A stretch of DNA of 64,000 nt from Tubiluchus corallicola (Eukaryota; Animalia; Priapulida): positions 62,001-126,000 of the forward strand of contig JAQGDQ010000089.1 in NCBI GenBank assembly GCA_030141605.1, read 5' to 3'. Positions within the stretch are counted from its first letter, which is position 1, and every line of letters begins with the position of its first letter. Position numbers and translations under genes: made by a program. Below are positions 23,701 through 36,425 of the stretch, piece by piece. Below the pieces are notes generated by a model. That model ran no database searches. It worked only from the letters and a program-made list of their open reading frames with translations, and was not told the DNA's origin.

Positions 23701-26700
23701 TTAATGCTAAAAATCACAGTCTCAGTAATTTTATAGTGAACAATTTTACACGCTACTACATTACCCTAATCTTTAACGACAAACAAAATGAAACTTACAG
23801 TAACTTTTTTAATTTCATCTTCACTGGGCAGTTCATACTGATCCTGATATGCGACCAGCATTTCCACTATCTCTTGTTGTTCTGGCGTCAATCCAGGTGG
23901 CAACTTCTGAGTGCTGCCACAAGGGGTCTCTTCTTTGATCTGAATTGGTGGTGGTGATATGGTAGTGCTATTTGGTTTATTAACCGGCTCACGTTTCTTT
24001 GGCTGTCTGCGAGTTGGTTCTTGCACTAAACCTATGTGTAAAAGAAAACTGATAATATTGACAATTTTTTTTTTACCCACAATTATTAAATTTTTGAAAC
24101 CAAATTTGGCCAAAAACAAAATGTGAAAGAAGCCTGGATCTGTATTTGAACAAGCATACTTTGGGTTACAAGTTTCTCTTCAATGGACACTTCACTATGC
24201 AGGAGTTGAGATCATAGTAAATTTCAATTCAACACTAACAACTCACCAACTAATCCACATTTTCAAGTGTTAGTTTATTCATGCTATAGTAACTAGCAAA
24301 TGGTTACAAGGGGCTGCATGGTCTAATGGCCAAGGGATAGGACTTGTAAATGCGAGTGTTCCTGGTTCAAATCCAGGCTCAAACCAGCCTGATTTCAAAG
24401 ACTAAATTTTCAATTCCATGCCTACTCCAAGACAGACCCTCTAACTGCCAAAATCATGGTTGTAATACTTTGGTGCAAGCAGTCATTTTCTCCTTTTATT
24501 ACAAACCATATTTTTGTACCAAAGGTCATACCCATGTTGAACTTGACCTTTCAAATACAAAATCAATGTCTAAATGTTGCAATAGACCATACCTATACCA
24601 AGGTTTAATGTCTTTAAAATTTCACAAAAAATAACTTTGACCATTAACTTTTCACATGAAAAACCAATGCACCATTTTTACAAGCAGTGGATTGTACCAC
24701 TGCTTGTAAATAGGATGCAAAATTTGGCATTAGCGTCTCAAAAGATTTTCTTCATAGAGTACTAAACACCACAAACATGCACAGAATATTAGTGATGTTT
24801 TCAGCACCCTAGCCAAACCATATCTAAGATCCCTCCCCTAAATAAACATTAAAAGTTGAGCGTACTATCTGTGTTTGTGATGCGCATCCTGAATTTATTA
24901 TAAAGTTTATGCACATGCTAGGTTTGACAGGTTAACTGCTCAATAGGTTCTCCTGCTAGAATGTGCACAAACAAATTGAAAAACAGACAGAAAACAACAA
25001 AAGCCAAAGAAACTGAACTCCCTACCACCATCTGTTTAACTGTAGTGTGATTAATTCATCATTACTAAACATGACAAGACTGGATAACCAGAATCACCGT
25101 GAGAGGTTTTAAACAGCTGCTAAACATCGAAGCATAAGCGTATCGTCAATTTAAAGTCAAACAAAACCCTCACTATAATATAAGCTATTACAACCTAATA
25201 TCCTACTCTCATTAAGAATGTTAAATTTATTTTATTATAAATTTAATGTAAAACTTGTTTCTTAATTTTTTATCACTTTAAGCAGTATAAAATGTGAATA
25301 ACCGCCATTTTCCGTTGCGCGAGACGAATGACATTGTGACACAGTCTTCGTGTCACCACTATGATAATAATGAGCGAGCTTTCATACCTCATTCTCGCTC
25401 ACTTGCGCCAAAGACGCGAAACATGGCGATCTTTACAACAATGCATGCATTCCTAATTCGCCATAAAAAGGTAAATTATTTAATTAACTAGTTTCTTTTA
25501 TGCAAAAATAACTATGAATTTTTTTGTTTAATCACAATAATGTGTTAAATAAGTCTGTTGGGGTTATGTAGGCCTATAAGGTCACTTACATTCAGGTTTC
25601 ATTCCAACAGATTTACATTTTAACAACCGGCAGTGTTGGCACTTCCTTCGCATATACATGTCCATTTCACAACGTCCACCATATTTGCACTCATAGGTGG
25701 CATTCTTAGTGATGCTCCGGCGAAAGAAACCTGCAAGACAGACACAAAATTATACAAAATACATGCATGATGCAGTTTAAATTGTCCATTAGGCCTTAAA
25801 GGTGAAAAAAGACAATTTTAAAGTATGTCCCAAAGTCCTAGCAATTTAAAATCTTCACGCCAGCTGGTAAAATGTCACTGACTCACCTTCCCAGTGTGCA
25901 ACCAGTGACTCACCAAAAAAAAAGATTTTTAATTTTATTGACAAGATACAGTAATTTGCTTAATTAGCAAAAAGCATGCTATGAACACTTTGATTATTTT
26001 TTCCAACTTTATATGATATGTTTTCTAAACTTGTTTCGAATGACATACCGTTAAAATGACTGCACCTCACGGTCATCGTGGAAGTTTAAATTTTTACAAG
26101 ATTTATACAGCCTTACTGCTAGCACAAGCTCTGTATGCAACAAGGCAGAATTAATGCACTGATGCAAAATTTCACAATAAATTTTTTCAGCTTCATGTAA
26201 GCAAAGCTTTTCTTGTGCTCTAACCAAATAAAAACGTTAACAAAATTGTTCTGCACAGCTTGACTGTTTTTACAATGTTCAGCAAAGCATCGTTTCATAC
26301 AATATGTATATCTAATTTAAAAGTATTTCTAATCAAAGTAAATCACCCAGGTAAGCCATTTCAGTGTTGAAAACTGAATGAGGGAAATGCCTGTCCTGTC
26401 AACAGATGGTGCCACACGTTGTATAACAGACTACAGGAATGTGTGTAAAACACTAGTGTTGACCGTGTTTATTTTCTTAAGGTTTAACGAAATGCATGTA
26501 ATTCTGTACAAAGTAAATAAAGTTAAACTTAATTATCATATCTATAATTCCAGTATGCTCTGGCATATCCTTCAGACAATTTTTTATTCCTTCAGTCAGA
26601 GTTTAAACATATCGAATTTAGATAATTAATTTAATTGGATTTAATACTATTTGACACCAGTAACAAGCTATTTAATAATTTTCAAATGATTTAATTTTAA

Positions 26701-29700
26701 TTTGACTGTTCCAGTCATTCACCAGGTAGGTCTATTCAAACATTTGGTGTACCAGGTACGTCAAATGTGATTACACTTAAAATTTCACGCAAGTGATATT
26801 ATTATATCGTGCCAACAGGTATGATAAATGCTTCTACGGAACCTGGAAGTCTTACTACTATAATAATCGTCTGCTATGATTGTGACGTCATGTAATAAAC
26901 CTGTTTAGAACAGGGAAATGAGGAGTCACAAACACGTGAGGTCATTGATCGTTTTGATTGGTCTGTCATGCGTTTTACGCATGCGCGCGAAACATCATGC
27001 TCCAGTTCATTTTCATGCACTGAAACTCGCATATAACCCATGAACAGCAGCTTAATTAAATTATAAAAACCCTGAAACTAATGGATACGACGAAATGACC
27101 ACAACATAAGTATTTACAGTTGTTAAAGCTGTTTTTAATCTTTCATTATTATGCTGCAGCGTACGTGGCTGAATTTATTAAAAAAAACAACAAGAGTTGT
27201 TTTCTAAAACCAGAGAAGTGAATCTGGTTGACGACGTATAAAGGATGATCTTTGGACTACCTTGATCATTGAGAAAACGATGGCCTAGGGTTTAAAGCTT
27301 CTCCAATGTAAGCAAAATGTCACTGGTTGAAATCCAAGCCGTGTTCCATTTTTTTACATTCCTTGTCCTTCAAGTTTGTTATGAATTGTGTTGATGTACC
27401 ATCATCGATGAATATCCGTATTTACGACGTTAGATGAATAAGTCACTATTCTAAGTATCTCCCTCGCCCAGATCTACCCACCCTCCCCGTGGCTTTTGCA
27501 GCAGAAGCAATCAGCCAACTGCAACTTACCTGGTACAATCAGCGTTAACCTGTTTGACTTTTTTATTCTAAGAAAAGAAAAACAAGCCTCTAAGCTAGTA
27601 AACGCGGAAAGCTGTGTCAACTACAGTTAATCTCCAAACAACATAACTAGGAGATAATATTTCCATTAATATAATATAAGCTGTACTTAGCAAAAATACA
27701 AAGCATGCCTGGCCTACGACAAAATAGATAATGTAAGTTGCTAAGTTTCAGTGATTTTTTGGAATTGCCCGGATGTTATATACCGGTGGCGTTTCAACGC
27801 CAGGCTTGGGCGAGGAGGGAAAGCTTTCCAACTTCGTTATATTTAAACACTATCAGAAGACTGCTACTTTATTAGAAAGCAAATTTGCAGATCTTGCCCA
27901 GATTTATCCCTGTACCAAATTTTGTGATTGCAGCCTCGTTCGTTTTGGTGTTATAGGCATATACCATCTAGCCTTGACCTTTTGAATCCAAAACCATTGA
28001 GTTGCGTTTGTCCAGACTCATTCCTAACTGCCTGCGCTGAATTAGCTTCATCCACTTCATCCGCTTATACTCACAGGTACAGGAAGAGTCTATAGCTCTA
28101 CTACAAACAAGTGGAGAGCCGGCTCTGAGACAGACACGCGCACACGCATGCACACACACATGCTCACGCGCACATAGAGGTGATAAGCGCCCCGACTAGC
28201 ACTGTTTTTGAGTTTTATTCATTTTTTAACTTTACACATTACATATTCCAGTATTTTTGGAAGTGTCTTGATGTTTGAATCTATTGTATTGGTTCACTGA
28301 ATATTTGGCCGAAAAGGGAACAGCTTTTCAAGTGCACGTCTGTTAAATTACATAAGCGTACAGGGAAATCTGAAGTTCTTGGTTCTTGCTCTTATAATGC
28401 ATCCTGTCAAAATGAGGCTGCAACTACTGGCTCTATACCACAAATCATATATATTCACCTTAAAGGCCTTAAAAGTGGTCTTTCAACCATACTGCGCAAC
28501 TCAGCTTTTGATTAGTTCCAATTTGCTGCTGGCATGATTCCAGCAAATAACGAATGATTAGTAACTTAGCCAGTTCAACGACAATCAATTATGCTGGTTA
28601 CAATATGTGATAAATACAAGATTCATGATTAGCAGAACATTGTAGACAAGTATGTTCAATTGGAAAATAATTCAAATGGTAGTGTAATCAACCATCATCC
28701 CAACACACTGACTGAGCAGCTACTTCCTTGCAGGACTAGCAGCAGGAGCAATCCTTTTCAGTACATGCAGGCCACAAATTTGAATGTTAGCAGAAGCAAG
28801 TAATGTACAACTGTGTTAAGCCTCCAAAAATCTTACAAGATCCAAGAGAAAGTGAAACGCGATTCAAATAGGGTTTATACATGTATAGTCAACAGAGGCA
28901 TGTACAGGTTCGCCATCTACTAACATTACTATTGTATTAACAAAAATTGGTGTAGCTTTAAAAGCACGATAAACAAAAGTAACCGTAGGGTGCTTTTTAT
29001 GCAAGTGCTCAAAACAACGCCAACCATTCAGGGTAAAAGGCTGCACTAGAAAGGTAAAATAAGTGCAGCTAAAGGACCAGAAAATAGAATTCTTTAATGT
29101 AAGTAACTTGCCAGTTACGCAAGGCACCCGTCGATGGTTGAAGTTGCAGCTAACAGGAAAACAATTTTTCGTAGTCAATTCCACACATAAGAGGCCGACG
29201 AAAATGTATTTATAAGCAGCCGTTTTGTATGTATGAGTCTTATGAAAAAACAAAAAACAAAAAGCCGTCAGACTAAACTGTCATTTGGCAACCAAATTAC
29301 ACTACCAGAGGCATCTACGTTAGTAACAAACGAGAGCAGTAGTAACAATAGTAAGTAGTAGTATTAACAAACGGCAGTAGTAACTAACGAGAACTCAATC
29401 TAGCTTTATAAAAAGACTTTGGCCTACCAGAAAGGACTGATTACTATTCTATTAATCGCTAAATTGTCTCTAAGAGTCTAAGTGGTACAGCGTACAATTT
29501 CTCCACTAGGGGCTGTTATAAAGTGTTAGAATGGATGGCGGCATATGTCTGTCCCACCTGTATGAAAATTAGCGGCAACAAAAACGGTCAAACGCAGCGA
29601 TTGAAATTTAATTCATCGTCCAACGAGTTTGCGTAGCGAGTCAAAATCACTAGAGGGCGTCCCTAAGGGGCGTGCACGTACTTGCGCAAGAAAACTACGT

Positions 29701-31944
29701 GGGCTAGACATAATTCCACTCATACCCTATCTGACTGTCAGTTTTGGAATATTTGGCAGTTTAATTTAATTTAAAAAAATCAGATAAATTAAACCAGTTC
29801 TGGTGCAAAGAGTGAGGGGAGGGGCGCTGCCCTCTCGACCTGGCAGCTCTTCCTTAAGTACCGCAGGAAGCAGCTGGTTGGAAGCGGGAGAATAAAAACT
29901 CAACACCTGTAGGCACAGTAGGGTTTAAGGCTTATCAATGAACAGTCAGTAGACACAATGTTAAATTACGGAGTTCAACTCAGCTTATGATTATTATGTA
30001 ATACACACTGTCAGGCATAACCTAAACATGTCTGGCCTTAATTCTTACGCAGCAAATCATTTATAAAACTTTCTGTTCTTGGCATTCCATTAATAACGTA
30101 TCAGCTCATAGTGCTGCATCTTGGTTGCCAATAGATGTCACCAAGTTTTGCGTAATCTAGTGTTACTAACACAGTTTGTGCACTGGTGTTCAAATTTACT
30201 ACATCTACTAATTTTTTATTGAACTTGCATAAGCTAGCGTTCTTTAAACTAATATGGTGCCCGGGAGATGAAAATCAGATGTAGGAGCAGTTTATGAACA
30301 AATTAATAAAAACATCTGTAGACTAGTTCATTATGGTACCAAAGGCCACATTTAAGTACAATATGTAGTTTACAATACTGAAATGAAAACAGAAGACAAT
30401 CATGCACATCACCTAAACAGGACTGCCAAAATTAGGCAGGAAGAAAAAAATATAAAGCCAAACAGATATCAGGACTCAACAACTTAAGCATGCGCATCAG
30501 ACAGTACACAGGTCTAAAGAAATGGTTAAAGTGGACATAACGGCTGGTGAATATAAGGTCAAGCAGACATAAGAATCACAAAATAAGTCACATACATCAG
30601 TGGGTCATGTAGGTGTACCGACAGCCTTATGGGTAATTGGACCTGAGATAGTAGATTTTGATCTTTAGCAACATGCGTTGGATCAGATGACATATGGGTG
30701 TCACATAAAGTCAAGTGGATCTAAGGTAAGCTGGCACACGTAATAAGACAGGTGGACATAACTTCAAATGGCAACAACAGCATGAAATTGACTATATGAT
30801 GTCAATCAAATTTAGGCACACAAGTAACGTCAGCTATTTGTCAGATGAACTGCAAACAAACACAAGTCCTCATAACATCAGAGTTTGACCATCAGTGACA
30901 AACATTAGGAAACAGTGAATCAACTGAACATTTGACATCAATACGGACATGTGTTGACATTAATTGATCATGTGCTGACAAGACAAGCAGCTCAGAAATA
31001 CAAGACAAGAAAGACATAAGGTCAACATAGTAAGATCAAGGTCACATTGACAAAAGGTTAGAAATAAGTGAAGCAGGCAAAAGTAAAAAAAACTTGGAAC
31101 TTTAAAGTCATAAAGTTGTAGTATGAGGTCTACACAAAATTAGGTGAGCAAAAGACGTGCAATTTTCTAATCAAATGACTGTGGGGCTGTAAATGGGACA
31201 TTAAAATGGTGAGGTCACATTCTGAATCTAGTGGTACTCATATTACATCTGCAGAAGCACAATATCAAAAAGAAAAACAATATATAAATAACATATTGTT
31301 AGAATCGATCCCATTACCTTTACATCCCTCACACGTTAATGCATTATAGTGATAACCAGATGCCCTGTCACCACACACTAGACATAACTCTTCTGTCGGA
31401 CGGACAATTGACGGCTTTTTCCTTCTCAGCTGCTCATCGTACACCGACTGAGGACTTAGATTTGAAGAACTAACATCATCTGTTTCCATAGCTGCAAAAG
31501 TATTTGAAATTTTACCAATGTCTGTAAGTAGCTACATTGCTTAGGGAAATAATCTACATCATATAAATGACTGGCGTCAAAGCACACATTACGACAGTTA
31601 GTCAGTAATGTTTAAACTGACCTGGTTCTATTTTTTCACTTTGATGAAAGTTGGTACCTCAGGACCTATCATATTTAATGACTACTTCATTGGTCAGTAC
31701 TTGCTTAGTACATCTATAGATAATTTCCATTGTCCATAATCCGTCACTTACTGATCAGATTTCAAGAATATTTTGGGCTAAACAAAAATTCTTACTACAC
31801 AACGCACCAACTCTAAAAAAAACGGAGACTACTGAAATGATTTTACGTACGGCTGGATGCCCTGCTTCCCGCAAGACTGGTACCATGGCTACTGGCCGGA
31901 GATCCCATGCTGCCCTCAAAGTCTGATGGTGTGTAGGATGACAT
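20715..31944 (-). CDS. EcR: Ecdysone receptor / NR1H nuclear receptor ortholog, 426 aa, 7 coding exons
   Basis: Exons 31944-31851 ([16 protein letters not shown]...), 31491-31318 ([26 protein letters not shown]), 25730-25590 ([38 protein letters not shown]), 24031-23799 (hinge, [12 protein letters not shown]), 22559-22386 ([25 protein letters not shown]), 21574-21352 ([28 protein letters not shown]...[17 protein letters not shown]), 20956-20715 ([12 protein letters not shown]). Total 1281 nt, all junctions GT-AG and in phase. Confidence 0.95.
23370..23710. repeat. Dispersed repeat, copy 1 (second copy at about 25165-25450), in EcR introns
   Basis: Shared blocks aaaccctcactataat, tattttattataaattta.tg.aaacttg and aaagac..gaaacatggcgatc.tt occur in both places. 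Confidence 0.7.
24310..24390 (+). mobile_element. tRNA-like (Pol III A/B box) repeat head
   Basis: TGGTCTAATGG (A box) and GGTTCAAATCC (B box). No intact cloverleaf. Related copies at about 27279-27385, 52820-52890 and 60363-60485. Confidence 0.6.
26880..26990. promoter_or_regulatory. Candidate intronic enhancer/alternative promoter with an IR-1 (EcRE/FXRE-like) site
   Basis: Within about 110 bp: CRE TGACGTCA (26883-26890), E-box CACGTG (26933-26938), AGGTCAtTGATCG (26939-26951), ATTGG and an NRF1-like CGCATGCGCG. Confidence 0.4.
27279..27385 (+). mobile_element. tRNA-derived SINE-like copy
   Basis: tggcctag...tgtaagcaaaatgtcactggttgaaatccaagcc followed by ttttttacattccttgtccttcaagtttg, which aligns by eye with 60363-60485. 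Confidence 0.6.
27820..28200. mobile_element. Probable Helentron/Helitron-associated interspersed repeat remnant
   Basis: tgtaccaaatttt, ccttgacctttt and an internal cagacacgcgcacacgcatgcacacac microsatellite. Similar ttgacctt-rich remnant at about 24520-24710 ends in the hairpin tttacaagcagtgg...ccactgcttgtaaa. Confidence 0.4.
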
Positions 31945-34224
31945 CTTGATGACTAGTTAGTATGAATACCAATTCTTTCCTTGAGGACTTTCCTCCAATT
32001 GTGGACACAAGAACACCCGCGTCACTGAACCACTCTAGTCTAACGTCTCACATTCACTTACGTATTTTCCATTTTCAGTGAACATTAAACATTGACGCTG
32101 TGATATGACGGCTAGCCTGCTCTTAAAAGTAGTGATTCTCGTTTGTGTTATCATGCACAGTATCTGAATCCATCAATATACACGTACATGTGAAAAACGT
32201 CAGCTAACACAGAGGTTGACTACAATACGGCTGAAACTAATCCATATACACGTAACGGAAAGCGCAAGTCTAGCCGCAAAGAAGCCGTCTATACTACACG
32301 TTTACAATCTAATTACAGGAGTACATTAACTGCTTGTATTGTGAGTAAAAACACAGAAACATAATCAGTTTATGGGGTCTGTAAGCGTAATACTAATCGA
32401 CTTCGCTTAGAATTCCAAATAATACAACCCCTGTGAAAAGAAAACTGCATGTTAGAAAACGGTGACGTTCAAGTTAAAAAATTATTCAGTATACTGTTAA
32501 AAAGAACGGGTTTTTAAAGGGTTTAAAGGGGTTTTCCTATTGTCCCCAATGAAAAACCCTTAAACGGTTTATAAGAAAACCCCCACATTTAAAAAACCTT
32601 CTAAAGGGTTTTCTATGAGAGAAAACCTTTTGCAAAAACCCACATTAACGGTTTTTCACAAAGAAACGCTTTCAGAAGGGTTTTCTTGCACTAATGGAAT
32701 AAATATGTAATTGCTGAATTTTGAAACCAAATTTGCTCCAAAACAGGAAACATGAAGAAGTTGGAACACCGAGTCTATGGTTCAAATCCCATCTGCATTT
32801 ATTAAGCAGGTTACGCAACATTTGAAGAAGAGTGTTGGATCCTTAGATGGTCCAGCAGTTCATTTGGTTGAGGTTTTTTCTAATATTTAAGTTCAAATTG
32901 AATAAAAAAGCAAGGTGAAACCTTAAGACGCAACTGAATGCTAGAAAAATTTGCAACAAATAGTGCTAACTTTCAAGCAGTATAAATATAAGATGTAATA
33001 CTTCCTAATAAAACATGTATTGCTTAGGAATAAAAACAATTTATACCATAATAAAAAAATCTAGTATAGTTTTTGACAAATTAAATAATGTCTTCCACAT
33101 AAATGTAAGGAAAAAAATAAATATTCAATAAAGCAAATCTTATTAAAAGTTTATAAAAATGCTGAAAACGCGGACACAAATGCAGCTTCAAGTTGAAGAC
33201 GTCAGCAAGCCTTATACCTATTAAAATTTATTAAAATCGATTAAGTAATTTAATTTATTAAAATCTGACAACCAGGAGATTAACTTACATTTGTAATACG
33301 TATGTTACACAGTATAAGCCAACAGGCCTGCATCTTATCACAAAACCATATAAACGATTTTTTTTTAAACTTTTGACAAGAAACTACAGATTGAATTACA
33401 GAAATTGTTAAATTAGTTTTGAAAAAATGTAAATGAAAATTTCATACTAACCTATAAATAGTGATGAACGTCCAAAACAAATAATCAATTCTCACTTACT
33501 CAACACATAATTACCTAATTTAATTAAAAGTGATTAGAATAATCAAACACATCGATTAAAAGCGTGCAGTGAAAGTTTACACAGATGCCCCTTCGCCCAT
33601 CGTTAACCTCCAGCGTTCTGTGGGGCAATGACACTGGACAATCACACAACACCTCCTCTTTCTTCTTCAAGATCCGGATTGGGCCAATGAACTCTGCAGC
33701 AGGGGTGGGTAGTCACGCCTGGGGGGGCAACAGGAATTACTGGAATTCCTACAGAGGCTTGTTGTGGAGCGGACGAGAAAAGAGAAATGGTTTTGGAGGT
33801 GGTTGAAAGCGTCGGCCTCTCAGGTGGTTTTATAATAAAATGAATAGCGATCAGGAAGTAATATAGTCAAGAGTTAAAGAAATACAACATTATTAGACAA
33901 ATAAACAGCCTTGGAAACAATAAACAGCTTTAAGAAATAACTGGAAATGCTGCTGAACTTTCATACACAATAAAATAAAATAATGTCACGGTTTAACCCG
34001 TTTTCCCATCCTTATACACTGTAAATTTCATGTTCTGTATAAAAAACGTGGCCATTGGGCAAATGGCTGTACTGTTTAGCAAAAAAATAATAAATTACTA
34101 TTAAAGTTACTAGGCACTGAAATTAACAATCTGGTGATAACAAAAGCATCTAACCATAACATTTCTCTAAGTTTTCCAATCCCAATGCTAGTATTGTTGA
34201 TAATAAGTTGATAAATCCTTAATA

Positions 34225-34366
34225 AGAATGACAACGACGACATGGACGACGACAATGACGACAACGATAACAACAACAGCAACAGCAAAATCAGCAGAGC
34301 AGCAGCAGCAGCAGCAGCAACAACAGTAGCATCAGCAGAGCAGCAGCAACAACAACAATAACAAAA
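34225..34366. repeat. Mixed GAC/CAA/CAG trinucleotide microsatellite
   Basis: gacgacaat..., caacaacagc..., (gca)n runs. Confidence 0.85.
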
Positions 34367-34989
34367 AACGTAATATTAAAACAATACCTAAGGTTTACAT
34401 CACTAAATTTCTAATTCAATAATTTACATGAACAAACAAGCACCAATATATGATCTGTAGCTGTCTAGCCTAGTGCACTGCACTTCATACAAGCGATGCA
34501 TCATAAATGGTATATTGATTAGCAAGAGTTCATTCTGCACCAGCATCAGTACCAGACCGTCGTTATGGCATCACTCCACTATAGTCATAGCTGTTATGGA
34601 GACCCTTTATTTGTCTTTACAATTGGAATAACAGAATTACACGGACTACAATATTCTTTGCATTACAATGAAAAGCGCTGAATTTTCAATCCAATTAAAG
34701 GCATTTTCATTTCCTACCTGTCAACCTAACTAAAGATATTCCTATTTCCTACGTGCGCAATGTCCTGGCTTTTACTTCGCTGGGTTTTCTACGTTTATAT
34801 TGGGTAAAATATAAGTTTTACACAAATAAAGACGCGGTTTAAGAACAGGCAGATGTTGACATGTAATCAAGGAAAATAAGTGAAAAAATAGTAAAGTTGT
34901 CTTTTTTACTTTTTGTCTCTCAAGAAATGTCAGAAATAAACCATAATGTGTACTGGTAAAGGGCTATACTCAGCTTATTAGCTCAAACA

Positions 34990-35420
34990 ATCATCAACAT
35001 TATAACAATCATTTTCAATACATTTCATCAACCTCATCATCACTGACATCATCATTACATCATTGTCGTCACTGTCATTGTCACAACTATCATCAATATG
35101 ATAAGCATTGTCATCATCATCACATGATCATTATCATCATTATCAGACCATCCATCGATATTAACACAATCATAGACACACCAATATATCAACATCGTTG
35201 TCATCATCATGATCACTGCTGTCATCGTCATATCTACCACCATTATCGTCACAATCATTACACAGACATCCTTATCATCCTCACCTTATCATGAACAATA
35301 ACATAATAAATCATTGTCATAACCCATTATCATTATTATCATCGTCATTTTCATAATTGACTTTTTTTTAATTGTCTTTGTCAGCACTATTATATCAACG
35401 TGCTTGTCATCATCACGATA
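34990..35420. repeat. Degenerate (CAT)n low-complexity tract
   Basis: catcatcatt/atcattatc periodicity. Explains the spurious Met/Asp-rich ORF at 35055-35258. Confidence 0.85.
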
Positions 35421-36425
35421 ACCGTGGTTTTTTAAAGCAAATAACACAATTATATTGATCATATGACAAGAAACGATTGCTCGTTCTTATTATTATATAA
35501 TCTTTTTATTATTATTATAATGAATAAATCTACAATTAGCCTAACATTGTAAGCTAATGTCCCTTAAGACGAAATTCACGTATCTTTTACAAATTGACCA
35601 AAAAAAATTGCAGGACAAATAAACAGGGTTGGAAAATAATTGAAGCTGCTCTACTTATTTTGAAAAAAAATAGGGAAACATCCTCTAAAAAGTTGCAAAT
35701 TAGTGAGAGCGTAAACGTAGCAAGTTGCGTTACGCAAAGTCGAGCCAGAGAACAGTAGTTTAGATGCGTGCGCCATCTATGGGGCATGAAATTAATTAGC
35801 TTGTAAACTGAGAAAAAATTATACTGTATTCAACAGTGTTACGCATACAGTGTTATGTACAAAACTGATCTGTAAAATCATGATCCTGTTTATATAAAAC
35901 TGTTGTGCAAACTAAGAATTTAATTTTTGGAAAAATTTTATTGAAATCAATTTCAATACTGCCCACAACTGGACCTATTTCAACAAAATATAAAAAACCA
36001 AGATCATGGGGATGCTTATTAAATGAATAATTAACTAATTGACGTTGCTATGATGGCAAAAACTTGAAAATCTGCAATGTTATTAGGAAAAATAAATTCC
36101 TCTATGTTGTGTATTTGCAGCATGGGTGCCGGCAGGCGGACGCACTGACGCACGTGCGTGCACAGAATTTCTTAAGAAAATTTTTTTATGGCTAAATAAT
36201 TTTTTTAGCAGTAAACCAAGACACACATCAACCCCTTTTTTGTTTACGCAACCCCCGAACAGCAAGCTAATTTGCATAGGAAGTTATGTTTATGCATGTC
36301 ACTTACATAGTGTCCATTCTGAACAGTGGGTAGGCTGTAAACTTAACAGTCTCAAATCAGTTTTATGTTTGACTATCAACCTTTTGCGGGGTAGATAATC
36401 TTGACACTAAATAAATTAAGCTTAA

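Noticed and set aside
24310-24390. Genuine tRNA genes here and at 27279, 52820 and 60363
   Set aside because: A and B boxes are present but the acceptor and anticodon stems do not pair. The copies share non-tRNA flanks, consistent with repeats.
28864-29253. 129-aa minus-strand ORF in the EcR intron
   Set aside because: Non-ATG start, no recognisable domain and no phase-compatible splice sites. The EcR CDS is complete without it.
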